A DNA stretch of 63,276 nucleotides, filler included, from Octopus bimaculoides (GCF_001194135.2; 9 parts of 9 records of this genome joined end to end with filler, not necessarily neighbours in it), one strand, 5' to 3'; positions 1-13,814 are shown, numbered from the whole stretch's first letter. Numbers and translations are program-made. Notes: generated from the letters alone by a model not told the origin.

Positions 1-38
<38 letters not shown>

Positions 39-2110
39 TCTATATGTATATATGTATATTTATATATGCATATGTATGTATGTATGTATGTATGTATAAG
101 ATTTTGCAAGAAATACTTGATACAGTCACAATATTTAAAGAACTTTCTTAAAAGATATCAATTATTTAAAAGAACTATTTGAAAAACGAAATGACACAAA
201 CCTTTTGGTAAAACGTTTTCGTATCGAGCGTAAGCGTTTAAATACAATACAAAATAGTAAAACTTCATTCCTAAAGTATCGTATCATTCTGCTTTTTCAT
301 GACCTGGTCTAGTATCCGATCCTCAGGAAAGGATGGTCGTAAATGTTGGGTAGTGACGGAAAGACTAGGAGCGCAAAGAAATAGTATCGGTACGAAGGAT
401 CTATGGAGAAACATTACTCGACAGGGTACGGAGCTCGATGATAAGGGGGCTGTGTCCAGTTCGAGTCGCTACTTCTCAGCATTGAGAGATCATCTACAGA
501 AAAAAAAAAAAAGAAAATAGAAATCTAGACATTAAAATAGAAAATAAGAACATGTATAAAATGTAGCGGTAGAGTGTCGCACTCATGATCGTGAGATTGT
601 GTTTTCGATTCCTGGACCGGGTGATGCGCTGTGTTCTTGAACAAAACATTTCATTTCACGTTAGTCCAGTCTGCTCAGCCAGCAGAAATTAGTAATCCTG
701 TGACGGACCGGCGTCCGGTCCAGGAGGGGGAGGGGAGTGTGAGTGGAATATATATGTTACAAAATCCAGAAAATTGGCCTTGTGAGTCTAAGGTTTGAAG
801 AGGACCTTTCATCGTCTGTGAGGAAAAATTAGAAATATGATGAAGGTTGTAAGTGTCGAAAACTGTTGAATGACAAATTAAAGGCATCGCGATCTCTTAT
901 GTTGTCACTTTATGTTTTTTGTTAAAATACCGACTGTATCGAATTCGCGTTTCATCTTTCTGTCGGAATCAATAAAATAAATCACCGACCAAGTATTGGG
1001 AATCGATACAATCGACATTATCCTCCCTCCAGATGTGTTTGAACTTAAACAGTGAAGTGAGTGTTGGTAAATGATGAAGTGTTGAAATATTGATAAATAA
1101 CAATATGCTGAAATGTTGATTATTGGCGAAATACAGAAGTTTTGATTAAGCGGTGAAGCCGATAAATATCGATGTTATTCAACGGTATCAGATGAAAAGC
1201 AACAACAAAGATGAAAGATATTAAATAAAACTTGGAACATTTATATATTATTATTATTGCTGCCTGAATGATGGCTAGGAAGTAACAGGGGAGGTAAATT
1301 TACTATCGCAAAAAACAAAAACAAAAAAAGGGGAGATGTAAGGGAAATAACCCCGAAAAATGTTGGTGTCACGCAACCCTATTAATATTAGCTAAAATTA
1401 GATTAATTAGATTAATAAAATAGAATATTTTCTTTTTTTCTCGGGTTTTTTTCCCCTGTGAAAAGAGAGTTGGTACGTTTCCAAACTGTCCCTTTATTGA
1501 AAGAAAAAAAGAAAAAGATTGGAATGTGACATGTCCCAGTGAGCTGAGAAACAGCGTATCAGTGCCAGCAATAATTAATGCTGTTTTAGGGTTAACCTTA
1601 TTAAATTTAACTAAATGGAAAGTTGACTCGATAAAAAGTCTGGGTATTATTCTAGGAAGGTCGTATAATTAGTACTTGCACACACATGAATCAAAAAGAG
1701 TCTTGTCACTTTGTTAGTGAGTGATTTGAATTTGAGCAAAGCAAAGTAAAAAAACCCAAAAAAAACTTAAAATAAATCCCAAAGAAACAAATACAGGAAT
1801 TAGATAGAAAATTCTGTGGAAAGAAACTGTCGATTCTATCGACCTCAGTACTTAACAGGTACTTTACTTTATTGACTCTAAAAGGATGAAAGGTTAAGTC
1901 AACCTTGGGGAGATTTTAACTCAGAACGGTAGGATCCGGAACAAATACCATAAGATAATTTTTCCTTCGTTATAAAGATTCTGCCATTTGCCGCCATCTG
2001 TAATATCCATATTACTGCGTAATAAGTATTCTAATTCAAACAGTAGGCTTTTTTCGCCAAGGAGTTCATTTAAAAAAAAGAACCTTTCACCTGAATTTAA
2101 ATAATCTTAG

Positions 2111-2605
2111 CTTCTTGGCTTGGCTTTATGCTCTTGCTTGATGGGGCTGGGGTTATTCCAAGTTAGTGGTCCCAGAAACATCATCATACGTAGAGCCGAT
2201 CAGGTCCACCAATGCTTCCCATCACTGGCGGTCCCGTGCCAACCCCTCTACAGCCTCCAAGGTGATGTCGAGCGTCTGGAGATCTTCTCCAATCACTTCC
2301 AGCCTTTTGGTGGCGGGGCCTGTCACGAGGCCTCTTCCAGTCTGCAGCTACTGCGTCGAGTGAGAGTAAAGCTCTGGGAGGATGATCTAACAGGTGACGG
2401 AGGACATATCTGTGCTAGTTCATGCGATGGATAGCTATGAGGTGGGAGGATGCGGGCTGATGCGTGTGCGCACACAGTTCTTTGTTGGAAACATGATGAT
2501 ACCATTTGATCTTCTCAATTGTTCTCAGAGCTCTGCTATCGAAGCATCAGTTCTCTCCATTTTCCTCTATGGTGCAGAAACGTGGCCCCTCTCGGAGACC
2601 CTAGC
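2111..2605 (-). mobile_element. 5'-truncated RTE-clade LINE with inverted 5' segment and 12-bp TSD
   Basis: Minus strand 2545 to 2111 reads FDSRALRTIEKIKWYHHVSNKEL...WKRPRDRP...LDITLEAVEGLARDRQ*WEALVDL, ending in a CCAAG-like tail. Plus strand 2544-2605 reads ASVLSIFLYGAETWPLSETLA. AAATAATCTTAG is present at 2099-2110 and 2606-2617. Confidence 0.85.
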
Positions 2606-3283
2606 AAATAATCTTAGAGGCGTACAAAATATAGCAAGTCGAAAATAATTCACAACATATTAGTTAACCTGCGGTCAGGGCAAAAGATATTGCTCATCTA
2701 CACTTCTAATTTGGCAAATCTATTATACTGCGTAACACGATCTCTATCCTTGGGTAGCAACTTTTATTTCCTATTTGCTTACCCCTATAAAGTATGAAAA
2801 TTGGCTAATATTTCCTTCAAACTTTGCTTTTGTTACAAACCCCAAAGAATCCCTCTCAATACATGGTAATGATGCTCCCCTGCTACTCCTGCTCATGATC
2901 AGAGACGCACGTATTGTCAGCCACAGGGAAACACTCAACTGGTTAAAGTCAAGCAACTGTCCAGATCAGAAAAGTGAAGTTTGAAAGGAATAGTAGTCAT
3001 TTATTTTGATTTCTATATAGAAGCAAATACGAAATAACACTTACTGACATACAGCCCCACCCCCACCCCCAAAAAATAAAATTTTGTTACACAGTGTTAT
3101 AAACGCATTCCAGATCTTTCTTTTCGCATGCAATACCCCAGAAAATATTATCTAACGTGTCTTTTGGCTGTTATTTTTAGTAGTTCCATTGTGGAATCAC
3201 CGAGCTGAAATATCAATTGAAGGTACATTTTTTTGTGTTTACATTACTTTTATAATGAAAATCCTAAGTTATATTTTAATATA

Positions 3284-3284
<1 letters not shown>

Positions 3285-3379
<95 letters not shown>

Positions 3380-3390
3380 TGTGCGTGTGT
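3285..3390. repeat. (GT)n microsatellite
   Basis: Directly visible. Dozens of similar GT/TA/GA/GATA/TATG/ATT tracts occur in the window and are not listed individually. Confidence 0.98.
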
Positions 3391-4852
3391 GTGATCTATT
3401 TTTCGTTGGTTGTTCTCATTGTAAGGCTTTGTAAAGACATGATCAAACTAAAATATGAGTTTTTAAATATTTTATTAATTGGCTTTATTTACATTTATAA
3501 GGGTCCATCCAATAAATGAATGGAAAAACGTTAGGGAATCTTCTGTAACACAATATGCTAAAAAATATTACGACAGTGGAGCATAGACGTTGAAGATCAA
3601 ACAAGCAGAAAGAATTTAAATTACTGCATATAGTTAATATGTGTTACTCCACATAATAATTTAAGGTTGATACCTTTTGTCGAGTAATCATGTTATAAAG
3701 AAAGTGAAAGAGAAGGAGAGATAACTCGCTTAGACTAGTGATTTCCCTAGACGGCTGAGTGACTCTGGCCTGAGATTAAATTTGGCAACCTTTTATAACT
3801 ATAAACCACCATTCTAGAAACTTCGGCGAAACTGTAAAGCGGGAAAACTTGCTAACATTATTTGAAGTTTGCCGCATCGACCATAAGTCAGCTATGCTAA
3901 CTGGTGAAGTCATATTCATGTGGGCATTAATCTTTTATGGCAATACTCAGCTTTTAATGGAGATAGGTTAGATCATGGTTCTGGACTGAGAAAATCAGAG
4001 ATCTATGGTTCAAAACTCAGTAGGAACTTCACAACACTATTCCCCTTACAATGAGTTTGTTATAACAGAAATAAAATGAAAATAGGCAGTAAAAATAACA
4101 ATTACAAAAACAAAAGCAAATACGTTATATAACAATACAGAAACCACAATTGAAACGAGTTCACAAATGTAAGAGAAAACAATTTCACAATGTTAACAAA
4201 AATTCACCAAATATTCCAGTATATATATAAACTGCTGCAACACAGAAACATGATTATGTATATGTGTTTGTATTTGGCAGGCCAATGTACTCTTCTGTCA
4301 CTTTTATCGCAATGTTTTCTCGAGGACAATAGCATTTTGTGCCGAAAGTGTTTATGTAGGCATGGATGATTTTGATGTTGCGTGTGAAGATGTGGTTGTA
4401 TTGGCTGTACTTGCAACAGTATAAGCATCTTTATTATTCTTTCTTCGTTGACTGTCTCTTTTTTTTCTTTACCGTGGGCGTCGATAACATAATGTTTATT
4501 GTGTAAGGCACTCTAAATATAATAAGGTTCGGTGTATTATGTTATGCAGAGAATTTTGCATCGCATCGTAACGGACAAAAATATGTCAATAGGAATGTTA
4601 GTCTTAACTATCTGCTGCTTGGGCAAAATTTTCTGTCATTCTGACATACTGTCGTAGATGCTGAACATGGATCCTAATATATGTTGGAATCTTCAACTAC
4701 CATCTCTATAGTTTCCACGATTCTCTCCTCTCCATTTCTTTTTTTTTTCTTTTCTTCGTCCTCTTACCTCATTCTTCTGGTTATATATATATGTGTATAT
4801 ATATNNNNNNNNNNNNNNNNNNNNNNNNNNNNNNNNNNNNNNNNNNNNNNNN

Positions 4853-4915
<63 letters not shown>

Positions 4916-5299
4916 TATGTGTATATATGTATATATGTGTGTATATATATATGTATTGTATATGTACATATATATATGTGTGTGTGTATAAAATACACAC
5001 ACACACACATACATACACATACACATACACACAATCTTTCTAGTTAACGTTGTGTCATAATGCAGCTCCGCTGGAGTGTGATTGCAACTTGAGGTTATGA
5101 GGAAGCCTCATGTGGTCACTGAACTTGCTAGAAATTGTAACCAAATCAAGCTTAAATCATATGCTACCACTCAAAACAGAAGACAATCTTTTTGAAAACT
5201 AAAATTCAAGATGATCAGACCTGGAATGCCTTTGATCACAGATCTGTTAAATCGGATCTAATTTTTGTCCACACAATGGCACGATAACGATGACGGCGA

Positions 5300-6298
5300 T
5301 GATGGAGGAGCATTCAGAGTGAATAATTAAAACTTCAGGAGAAACCACTTCGCTCTTTCAAACTTCGAAAAATTACTGGAAAATCAATGAAAGAGCATAT
5401 ACACACGTAAACTTGATTAATGATGAAAATAGAATAGAATACAGCAGGTCTCAGGATGACAGAGTTATAAATCACTTCTGTATTCAAAATTGCTGATAGA
5501 TATAGGTGTGTATCTAGGAAGCACATATCACATCCGCGTGGCTTCCCATTGTACATCACTGTGCGGTATCTTGGATAAATATTTCCTATTACAGCTTCAG
5601 GCTGACCAATGTGTTGTGAATGGAATTTGGTAAATAGAAAATGTGCAGAAGTCCATCGTGCGCTGCCACACACACTAAAAATATACTACAGCAGATAAAG
5701 GCAGTGTTGGCGGAGTCGCAGTATTTTTCTGAATTTGTAGAAGGATGTCGTCCTGAAAAAGTAGCTACAGGTCGTGTAGCTACTTTATTTAATGACTCTG
5801 CTCTGGCGCATTTTCGTAACTTTTTGGAAGGCAGGAAAAAGCAGACTTCTTTTGATATTATTCTAATGAAACGACCTGCAAAGTGTAATAAGTGAAGAAA
5901 AATGTATCCAAAAAGCCTAAATTAAGCGAAGTGAGAGAGAAAACGCCAGAAATTGTTCTTCCTGGAGTCTTAATGGAAGGAAATTCTCCTTCCAAACAGT
6001 AATCCCCCTCTTCCTCGATCTATCGTCTGCCTCGCGCACAAACCGTCCCATTTTAAAGGTAATTCAGGTAATAAAACCAATTTACATATTTCTTTTGCAT
6101 TCTCTTTTTTATAATTGTTATTTTACTTGTAACTACACGTTTTCTGTTTTAAAATCCATGAAACATTATTTTGGGCTGGAATGGATTAATTATATTTTAG
6201 TTAATTTCAATGGAGAAAATTGATTTGTAAAAAGAGTAAATCATAACATGAGCTCGGTCATGGAACAAACTAAACTCGTACTGCGAGGTATCACTGTA
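5300..6298 (+). mobile_element. pogo/Tigger-like DNA transposon remnant (3' part)
   Basis: ORF 5641-5895 (FVEGCRPEKVATGRVATLFNDSALAHFRNFLEGRKKQTSFD) resembles the TIGD1/Tigger C-terminus. Right end ...CGAGGTATCACTG|TA (to 6298) is a Tigger-type TIR plus TA. Left boundary approximate. Confidence 0.75.
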
Positions 6299-6504
6299 CT
6301 TTTGAAAAAAGAAGTACTGGGGTCAATTTCTTCGTCTAAACCAATGGTCCTCAACCAATTTTCACCTATGAGCCCCTTTGGTTTCTATTTTACTCAGGTG
6401 GACCCCCTTAGCCAGTTCATGTTTTAAAATAAAACCTCATATTTTTATAATGAAATGTTATTAGCAATTGTATTTCTTTTAATTGTTAAAACCTTTTGTG
6501 CATT

Positions 6505-6908
6505 ACTTTTACTTACTTTTACTTGTTTCAGTCATTTTACTGTGGCCATGCTGGAGCACCGCCTTTAGTCGAGCAAATCGACCCCAGGACTTATTCTTTG
6601 TAAGCCGAGTACTTATTCTATCGGTCTCTTTTGCCGAACCACTAAGTTACGGGGACGTAAACACGCCAGCATCGGTTGTCAAGCGATGTTGGGGGGACAA
6701 ACACAGACACACAAACACACATATATATATACATATACATATATACGACAGGCTTCTTTCAGTTTCCGTCTACCAAATCCACTCACAATGCTTTGGTCGG
6801 CCCGAGGCTATAGTAGAAGACACTTGCCCAAGGTGCCATGCAGTGGGACTGAACCCGGAACCATGTGGTTGGTAAGCAAGCTACTTACCACACAGCCACT
6901 TCTGCGCA
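6505..6908 (-). mobile_element. SINE family A, near full length (tRNA-like head, internal TA/CA microsatellite)
   Basis: Head with A-box TGGCTGTGTGG and B-box-like GGTTCAGTCCC; 3' end ...ATGACTGAAACAAGTAAAAG. More than 12 homologous copies occur in the window. Confidence 0.9.
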
Positions 6909-6959
6909 TTGTAGAAGTATAACAAATTTATTGCACATAAATTTTAACAACAAAATCTT

Positions 6960-7397
6960 ATATGGACCCCCAAGGGATCGTCTCATGAAGGCTCAGAGCA
7001 ACTCATGGCATAATCACAGATCCAAAGAGAGGTTTTGCGGAAACAGTCCATCTAGCTTTGCTATTGTTGCTCAAGGCGGGGTAGGCTTTACTGGCCACCG
7101 CTGTCGTGCTGGACAAGCAGGCTGTGTCAGGCGTAATATTTTGGAGAACGTCCACAGCTCAACAGAGGACAGCAACCACTCGACTATATTGATGTCATTG
7201 GCAGGGACACGCAACATGGAGCTGAGGACCTTCCAACGTCGATAGGGGACAGCTCAGCGTTGAATTCGTGGTAACGTGGAGGGTGAGGACGATGAAGTGT
7301 GTTGCTATGATGAGAGATAGGAAATCTAGAAGAAGAAGAAGAAGAAGAAGAAGAAGAAGAAGAAGAAGAAGAAGAAGAAGAAGAAGAAGAAGAAGAA
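6960..7397 (+). mobile_element. RTE-clade LINE 3' fragment with (AGA)n tail
   Basis: Frameshifted peptides LMKAQSNSWHNHRSKERFCGN...FTGHRCRA and RGQQPLDYIDVIGRDT match RTE ORF C-termini. Followed by a long (AGA)n run into a gap. Confidence 0.7.
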
Positions 7398-8334
7398 NNN
7401 NNNNNNNNNNNNNNNNNNNNNNNNNNNNNNNNNNNNNNNNNNNNNNNNNNNNNNNNNNNNNNNNNNNNNNNNNNNNNNNNNNNNNNNNNNNNNNNNNNNN
7501 NNNNNNNNNNNNNNNNNNNNNNNNNNNNNNNNNNNNNNNNNNNNNNNNNNNNNNNNNNNNNNNNNNNNNNNNNNNNNNNNNNNNNNNNNNNNNNNNNNNN
7601 NNNNNNNNNNNNNNNNNNNNNNNNNNNNNNNNNNNNNNNNNNNNNNNNNNNNNNNNNNNNNNNNNNNNNNNNNNNNNNNNNNNNNNNNNNNNNNNNNNNN
7701 NNNNNNNNNNNNNNNNNNNNNNNNNNNNNNNNNNNNNNNNNNNNNNNNNNNNNNNNNNNNNNNNNNNNNNNNNNNNNNNNNNNNNNNNNNNNNNNNNNNN
7801 NNNNNNNNNNNNNNNNNNNNNNNNNNNNNNNNNNNNNNNNNNNNNNNNNNNNNNNNNNNNNNNNNNNNNNNNNNNNNNNNNNNNNCGTCCCCCCCCTCTC
7901 TCTCTCTCTCTCTTTCTCAAATAGTTTCAAAGCTACACTGAAAAGATTAATTTTATCTGAAATCTATACACGAAAAGCATTTATAACGGAAATCACTAAA
8001 ATATAATTGTATTTTCAATTAAAGGATATCAGAATTTTGTTCCAGAAATAGTAAACATCTTTTATACGTTTTTGTTTTTATTATGTTGCTTAAGGTAATT
8101 TATTGTTATTTGTGTTTTAATTTAACCTTAGAACAGCCCTAATTGACCAGACCTATGATCAAAAGCGTTCTAACCGTCACCATCATATCTATTTTATCGA
8201 AAGAGTAGCCTTCTACCGTATTTCTGTTGAGAATATTTTTCATACGGACGTGCTTGTTTCAAAATGCAATATATCGCAAAGGCAGACAACAATCAGGGTA
8301 GTATGTGGCTTCGTGCTATATGGATCGATCGTTC

Positions 8335-8403
<69 letters not shown>

Positions 8404-8649
8404 GTAGATAGATAGATAGATAGATAGAAGTTGTTGGCACTCCGTCGCTTACGACGTCGAGGGTTCCAGTTGATCCGATCAATGGAACAGCCTGCTCGTG
8501 AAATTAACGTGCAAGTGGCTGAGCATTCCACAGACACGNNNNNNNNNNNNNNNNNNNNNNNNNNNNNNNNNNNNNNNNNNNNTTAATTAATTAANNNNNN
8601 NNNNNNNNNNNNNNNNNNNNNNNNNNNNNNNNNNNNNNCTATATACATA

Positions 8650-8870
8650 TGTAGTTGAAATTGATAGAAACACAAAAGACGAAGACAGGTGTATGAACAA
8701 CAAGCAGGTGTGTTAGTTTGACGCTCGGGAAAGTGAAAATGTCTTTTACTTTTTGAGCCTACGTTCTTCAACAAAAAGGAATAAGAGAAAATAAACAGAG
8801 AGAAAATAGAAAGAGAGAAAATAAAAAAAAAACTTGTGGATTTAGCGGTCAAGCATATATATAAACGTAA
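8650..8870 (-). mobile_element. Penelope-like terminal repeat (pLTR-like) copy
   Basis: Same repeat as 19510-19720 (GGTGTATGAACAACAAGCA...TCTTCAACA...GAAAATAAA), which adjoins a Penelope-like ORF remnant. Confidence 0.55.
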
Positions 8871-9455
8871 GAGTATCGAACCAATCAATCAAATTTTTGA
8901 AGAGCGTAGGCGATAGGTAAGATCACCTGACTCATCTGTCTAATAATACAAATCATCACAACGCTTTGGTTTGAATTGTCTCTCACTAATGCACATATAC
9001 GCAGCCAAATACAAACACACACACACACACATATACGCATAATATGCATATATGTATGTATATATACGTGTGTATATATATATTACATCACATATAAATA
9101 TGTATATGCATACGCACATATAAACACACATATATTAATATATATTTGTACACACACTCAAATATCTATGTTTACATGTGCGTGCACAAGCTTACACAAG
9201 TATATAATGCATATATATATATATATACACACACACAAACACATATCTATACTTAGATATATATATTTCTGTACATACTTACTGGCATTTCCCCTCTATC
9301 AAAGTAACTTCAACCAAAGTGGAGAAATAAGAGAGACGTCAGATTGTGAGTGAGAGAGAGAGAGAGAGATAGCTAGAGGAGAGAGAAGGAGAGTGAGTTT
9401 GTGAGAAAGAATATAAGAGAGAGGGGGAGGGAGCGAGAGAGAGAGAGAACGAGTT

Positions 9456-9666
9456 ATGGAGCTAGGTGTGAATAAAGTGTACTGGAAATATACTCAGCTT
9501 TTGGATGAATTCATTTCGAAATACAGGAGACAATCCAATGATTTGAAACTGTCACATGGACCATTTTGGCCGAAGGAGAAAGATAATGAAATTGTCATCT
9601 TAGAGACCCCTATACTTAACAAAACCGACCCTAATTTTCAGGAACCTTTGCATAACAACATTAAGG
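9456..9666 (+). CDS. Probable upstream coding exon of the cytosolic carboxypeptidase gene (5' boundary uncertain)
   Basis: Open frame MELGVNK...GPFWPKEKDNEIVILETPILNKTDPNFQEPLHNNIK ends at a strong donor AAGG|GTGAGT (GT 9667-68) in phase 1, matching the phase-1 acceptor at 15395. The start could be ATG 9456 or an acceptor at 9527 (ATACAG|G). Similarity to the CCP N-terminus (WPxE motif) is weak. Confidence 0.55.
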
Positions 9667-10047
9667 GTGAGTCAGATTTTTGCAAGTTTTTCTTGTTTCT
9701 TCCTCGGTTCATTTTAATGCAAAATACTCGAATAGTTTTTAGTTTATAAATATCCACAGACCATGTTTTTCCACAGTGCAGGGCTTTTCTTTCAACTCCA
9801 GAAGGTTGGAAGAGCCCTGTTGCTGGAATTTGAGCCTAGGACGTAAATCATTGTTGCTGTATTTAATTGTTGCCTCACAACGTACTGAGTTCAAATACCG
9901 TTGGTGTCAATTTCACTGCTCGGGTTCGATAAAGTAACATTGAGTTTACTGGGCGGATGGGATCGATATAATCGGTTAAAACCCTATCCCTTTAACATTT
10001 TAGAGTTACTCCATATGTTAGAAATTATTATTATTCATCCTTTCGAG

Positions 10048-10260
10048 ACGACGAGCTTGGCAGAATCGATAGCACGCCGGGAAAAACGCTTAGCGGCATT
10101 TCGTTCGTCTTCACGTTTTGAGTTCAAATTCCGCCGAAGTAGAGTTTGTCTTTCATCTTCTCGGGGTCGATGAAATAAGTATCAGTTGAGCACTGGGGTT
10201 GACGTAATCGACTGTCTCTCTGTCCCCAAATTTCAGGCCTTGTACCTATAATAGAAAGGA
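10048..10260 (+). mobile_element. SINE family B (~210 bp, tRNA-like head); further partial copies at ~9830-9990 and ~10260-10375
   Basis: GAGCTTGGCAGAATCG (A box) ... GAGTTCAAATTCC (B box) ... TCATC..TCGGGGTCGAT...CCCAAATTTCAGGCCTTGT. Confidence 0.85.
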
Positions 10261-10840
10261 TTCCTATTCGTCCTTTTGGGATCGATAAAATAAAGTACCA
10301 TTGAGCACAGGGTTGATGTAATTGATTATGCCCTTACCATCAAATTTCAGGCCTTGTGCATATAGCAAAAAGGATTATTATTATTATTTATGATAAAAAT
10401 AGCATTCATATGAAAATTTTAGCCTTATTGTCTCACACAGTCCACCTGGATGTAAGTAGGTTCTTTGGTGATATTGCTGAATATGGTGATGGTGGTGAAG
10501 GTGGCGATGAAGGCAGTGGTAATAGAAGTGACGTTTATGGAGGTGGTGTCGAAGGAAGTAACGTTGATAGGTGTGGAAGTGGTGGTTGCTGGTAGCGTTA
10601 AGTAATGGTGCTGTTGGATGAAATGGTAAGTGTTGAGAGGGGAAGTGGTTCAAGTGGCGGGAGCTGAAGTGACGGTGGTAGAGGAGTTAGCAAGGATTGA
10701 GTGGTACCGGAAGTAATGCAGATAGTGACCTTTGTAAATAAAAGTTTTTACAATTTCGGCTCTCAGCAGTTGAAATACCGCCATGTTTGATTACCTCTGG
10801 GGTCAAACTACCAGTAATATATTGGTATTAAGTCTGTCGA

Positions 10841-10877
<37 letters not shown>

Positions 10878-10923
10878 TACAAAAAAGACCACGAATACAC
10901 ACACATATATATATAAATAATTA

Positions 10924-11884
10924 ACAAGGATGTCCAGGTATCAATACATTACGGCCGTTTCGAGCAGCTCCACTTAATCGATCAATGAAAACATTTCATC
11001 AATTTCAAAGAAACCGTTCTCCTCAGAAGTCGATGACCATATAGCTTTCTAAAATATAGGATAAACTATTTAAAAAAAATTTATATCAATACTAGAAACC
11101 AAAATAATTACATTGTTTTGTCATATTATATTTGTGGCAGAATGAGTTTGGAAAAAATGCATATCATATTAAGCCTACTATAATTTAGAGAATAGCAGCG
11201 GAAAATAGTAGGGTCAAGATATAGGAGTGGTAAGATAGTTATTTATGTTTAGAAGGTTTTATGCAGCATGTAGTCTAAAACCATTTAGAATTAAATCCAT
11301 TGGAAGTTGAGAACTGTGTTCTGGTTGATAGTGATAAATCAATTAATGTCAGACAATCTCCCAGACCCTTATTTTACTGGAATCATATATCCAGCTTTAG
11401 CTACATAAAAATATGTCTTTCTGTTGCTAGTAAGAGAATGAGTGATGGGGAAGAGGTGATAACTGGAAGAAGGAAGGATAGGTGTGGCCAATACTTATCT
11501 AGCTTATCAAATAAAATGGGAATATAATGAAAAAACAAAAGTCAGAAGTAATATAAGCTCTAAGGATGGGAATTAGTATTGAGGGATACAGGATATACGG
11601 GATTCATAACTTAGCAAATTTATTAAATATGGAAAAAATTTTAAATCAATATATAGGAAAAGGATAGAAATTAAACTTAAAACCTAATAATGGGATACTT
11701 AAATATATAAGAGAAAGCTCATAAGGCCTTTAAAAAATTATTCATAAATTGCAAGCACTAAGCAAATATTTGTGAAAGGATAAAAAAATGTATAAAAATA
11801 TCAAATATATATTAAAAAAAAAAATTAAATTCATAAAATATAATGTGTAATTAGTGGGTTTTATTGATACCTGGACATCCTTGT
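10924..11884. mobile_element. Unclassified non-autonomous DNA transposon, 961 bp, perfect 23-bp TIRs, TA TSD
   Basis: ACAAGGATGTCCAGGTATCAATA at 10924-10946 and its exact reverse complement at 11862-11884. TA flanks both sides. No recognisable ORF inside. Confidence 0.8.
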
Positions 11885-11918
11885 TATCTATTTACATTCT
11901 GTTCACCTAATTTGGAGC

Positions 11919-11940
11919 TGTGCAGACGATACCAAACTGG
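11919..11940 (+). mobile_element. Tiny LINE RT relic (CADDTKL, degenerate YADDTKL)
   Basis: TGT GCA GAC GAT ACC AAA CTG. The surrounding sequence is too decayed to extend. Confidence 0.35.
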
Positions 11941-13321
11941 TTTGGTGCCTTAATTTGTATATATATATATCAACCTACATATGTATATAAACTTACTTGG
12001 AAATGGATGCGTGTACACACACACACACACACAATTCAAATAAATAAGGTGAATAATACATCTACACAATTATTACAATCCTCTGTATAGCATACTTCAT
12101 TTAAATCTCTGTCTATTTCTGTCCGGCGTATGTTCCTCCTGCATGGATATCTCGCTATGTGGTTTACATTTGTTCGTCTATTTAAGAACGTGTCCATGCA
12201 ACTTTATTCAAGGTGTTCCGAGTATTAAAGTTTAAAGTGAACTGGAATATAACGGTTTAGATAGTTTTACACTTTAGTAGAGGACGGTAAGTGTTGAGTG
12301 CAAAGAGTAAGAGAGGAATAGTTAGAAACCTGATACGGCTATAAAATCCATTATCAGATTGACCCTAGGATGACCCTAAGGTTTGAATTTCGATTCAAAA
12401 GTGTTAGATATTAAACGAGGTCAGAATATATTTCATCCAGTAACCTTAATCGAAATACATAGGAATAAATTTCGGTGATAGATGTATACAATTAAGGGTC
12501 ATTAAGTCAAATATAATATAGAATTATAGGACATACAGAATTTACTTGTAAGGTTAGAGCATTGTACGCAATCTGATAGAACATTTCTACCTATAGTAAA
12601 ATCAGAATTTTTAATTATACGAATCAGCCTTATATCTAAATGTAGATAATATCCTCCTAGATATAGAACAAATTATTCCATATGTGGAGCGTTATTTGAC
12701 TAATGGTATATAGTTTAGGAAGTTCAGGATTGAAGGTAAAAACACATATCATGAATAATTGTAGTGGGGGTATGGACTAAAACTAGAATATCAGCAAACT
12801 AGTTACTGCACTAATATTCCTTTCTACTATAAGCACAAGGCCTGAAATTTTGGGGGGTGGGTAAGTCGATTACATCAACCCTGTGCTCCACTGGTACTTA
12901 ATTTATCGATCCCGAAAGGATGAAAGGCAAAGACAACCCTGGCGGAATTTGAACTCAGAACGTGAAGACAGACGAAATACCACTAAGTATTTCGCCTAGC
13001 GAGCTAACGATTCTCCAATCTACGTGGTACTTGAAAATTTTGCTAGGGAAATATTTGAATGTTTATTTTTTTTTTCTGTGATGGGCTAATTCCTGTTTAT
13101 CCTTTAATAATTGGTATTTAGACGTGAAAATATGGAATATCTCTTCCAGGAATAAATTGCATTTCTTACTTTCGATAACGTAAGGTTCTGCCACGCCTAT
13201 AATTTCCTATTTTTATCAAAGTTAGTGTTTCTATCCTTTAGGGACCAAATAAACTCATTTAAGTTAGTACTATGCATTTTCTCTCTATCTCTGAAGGAAG
13301 CTAGGTGATTACCTTCTCTTG

Positions 13322-13357
<36 letters not shown>

Positions 13358-13814
13358 GTTTATTGGCTAAACTGGCAATATGACCATCCCCAAGTACAAC
13401 AATATATATATATATATAAAGAATAAAAGTTTTGAATGGTACAACAATGCACTATAATACAAACAATGGGTTATATATCTGTTGTAATTTAGAAATCCAT
13501 AGTCTGATATGATATTTCGGAATAAAATTCCTTCTTCAGATATTCTTAGATAGAATCACTGCTATAATCGGTTTTCCAACGGCTTTTCTTTCGTATTCCG
13601 GAAGCTCCTTTTGGAATTCCTCATGAGAAGTGCGTGAGGTCGGCCATGTCTCAATCTCGTGTGTGCTGGTACATCCGTAGCGCTGCTTCTAAGTTATGTA
13701 TTATATGTGCAGCTTCCTTTTTTCCCTTCTTTTTTTCTCTTTACTTCTTTTTTTGTTATAAATTACAGATGAGCATATTATCAAAAATGAACCTACATGC
13801 ATCCAGATGTAGCT

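Noticed and set aside
8583-8594. TTAATTAATTAA flanked by N runs, recurring at about 23168, 30750, 36701, 40896, 44808, 57184 and 61551
   Set aside because: It is always embedded in gaps and has stop codons in all six frames, so it is an assembly spacer and not a biological motif or CRISPR repeat.
10480-10720. Gly/Asp-rich ORF (10356-10595)
   Set aside because: It derives from GGT-rich low-complexity DNA.
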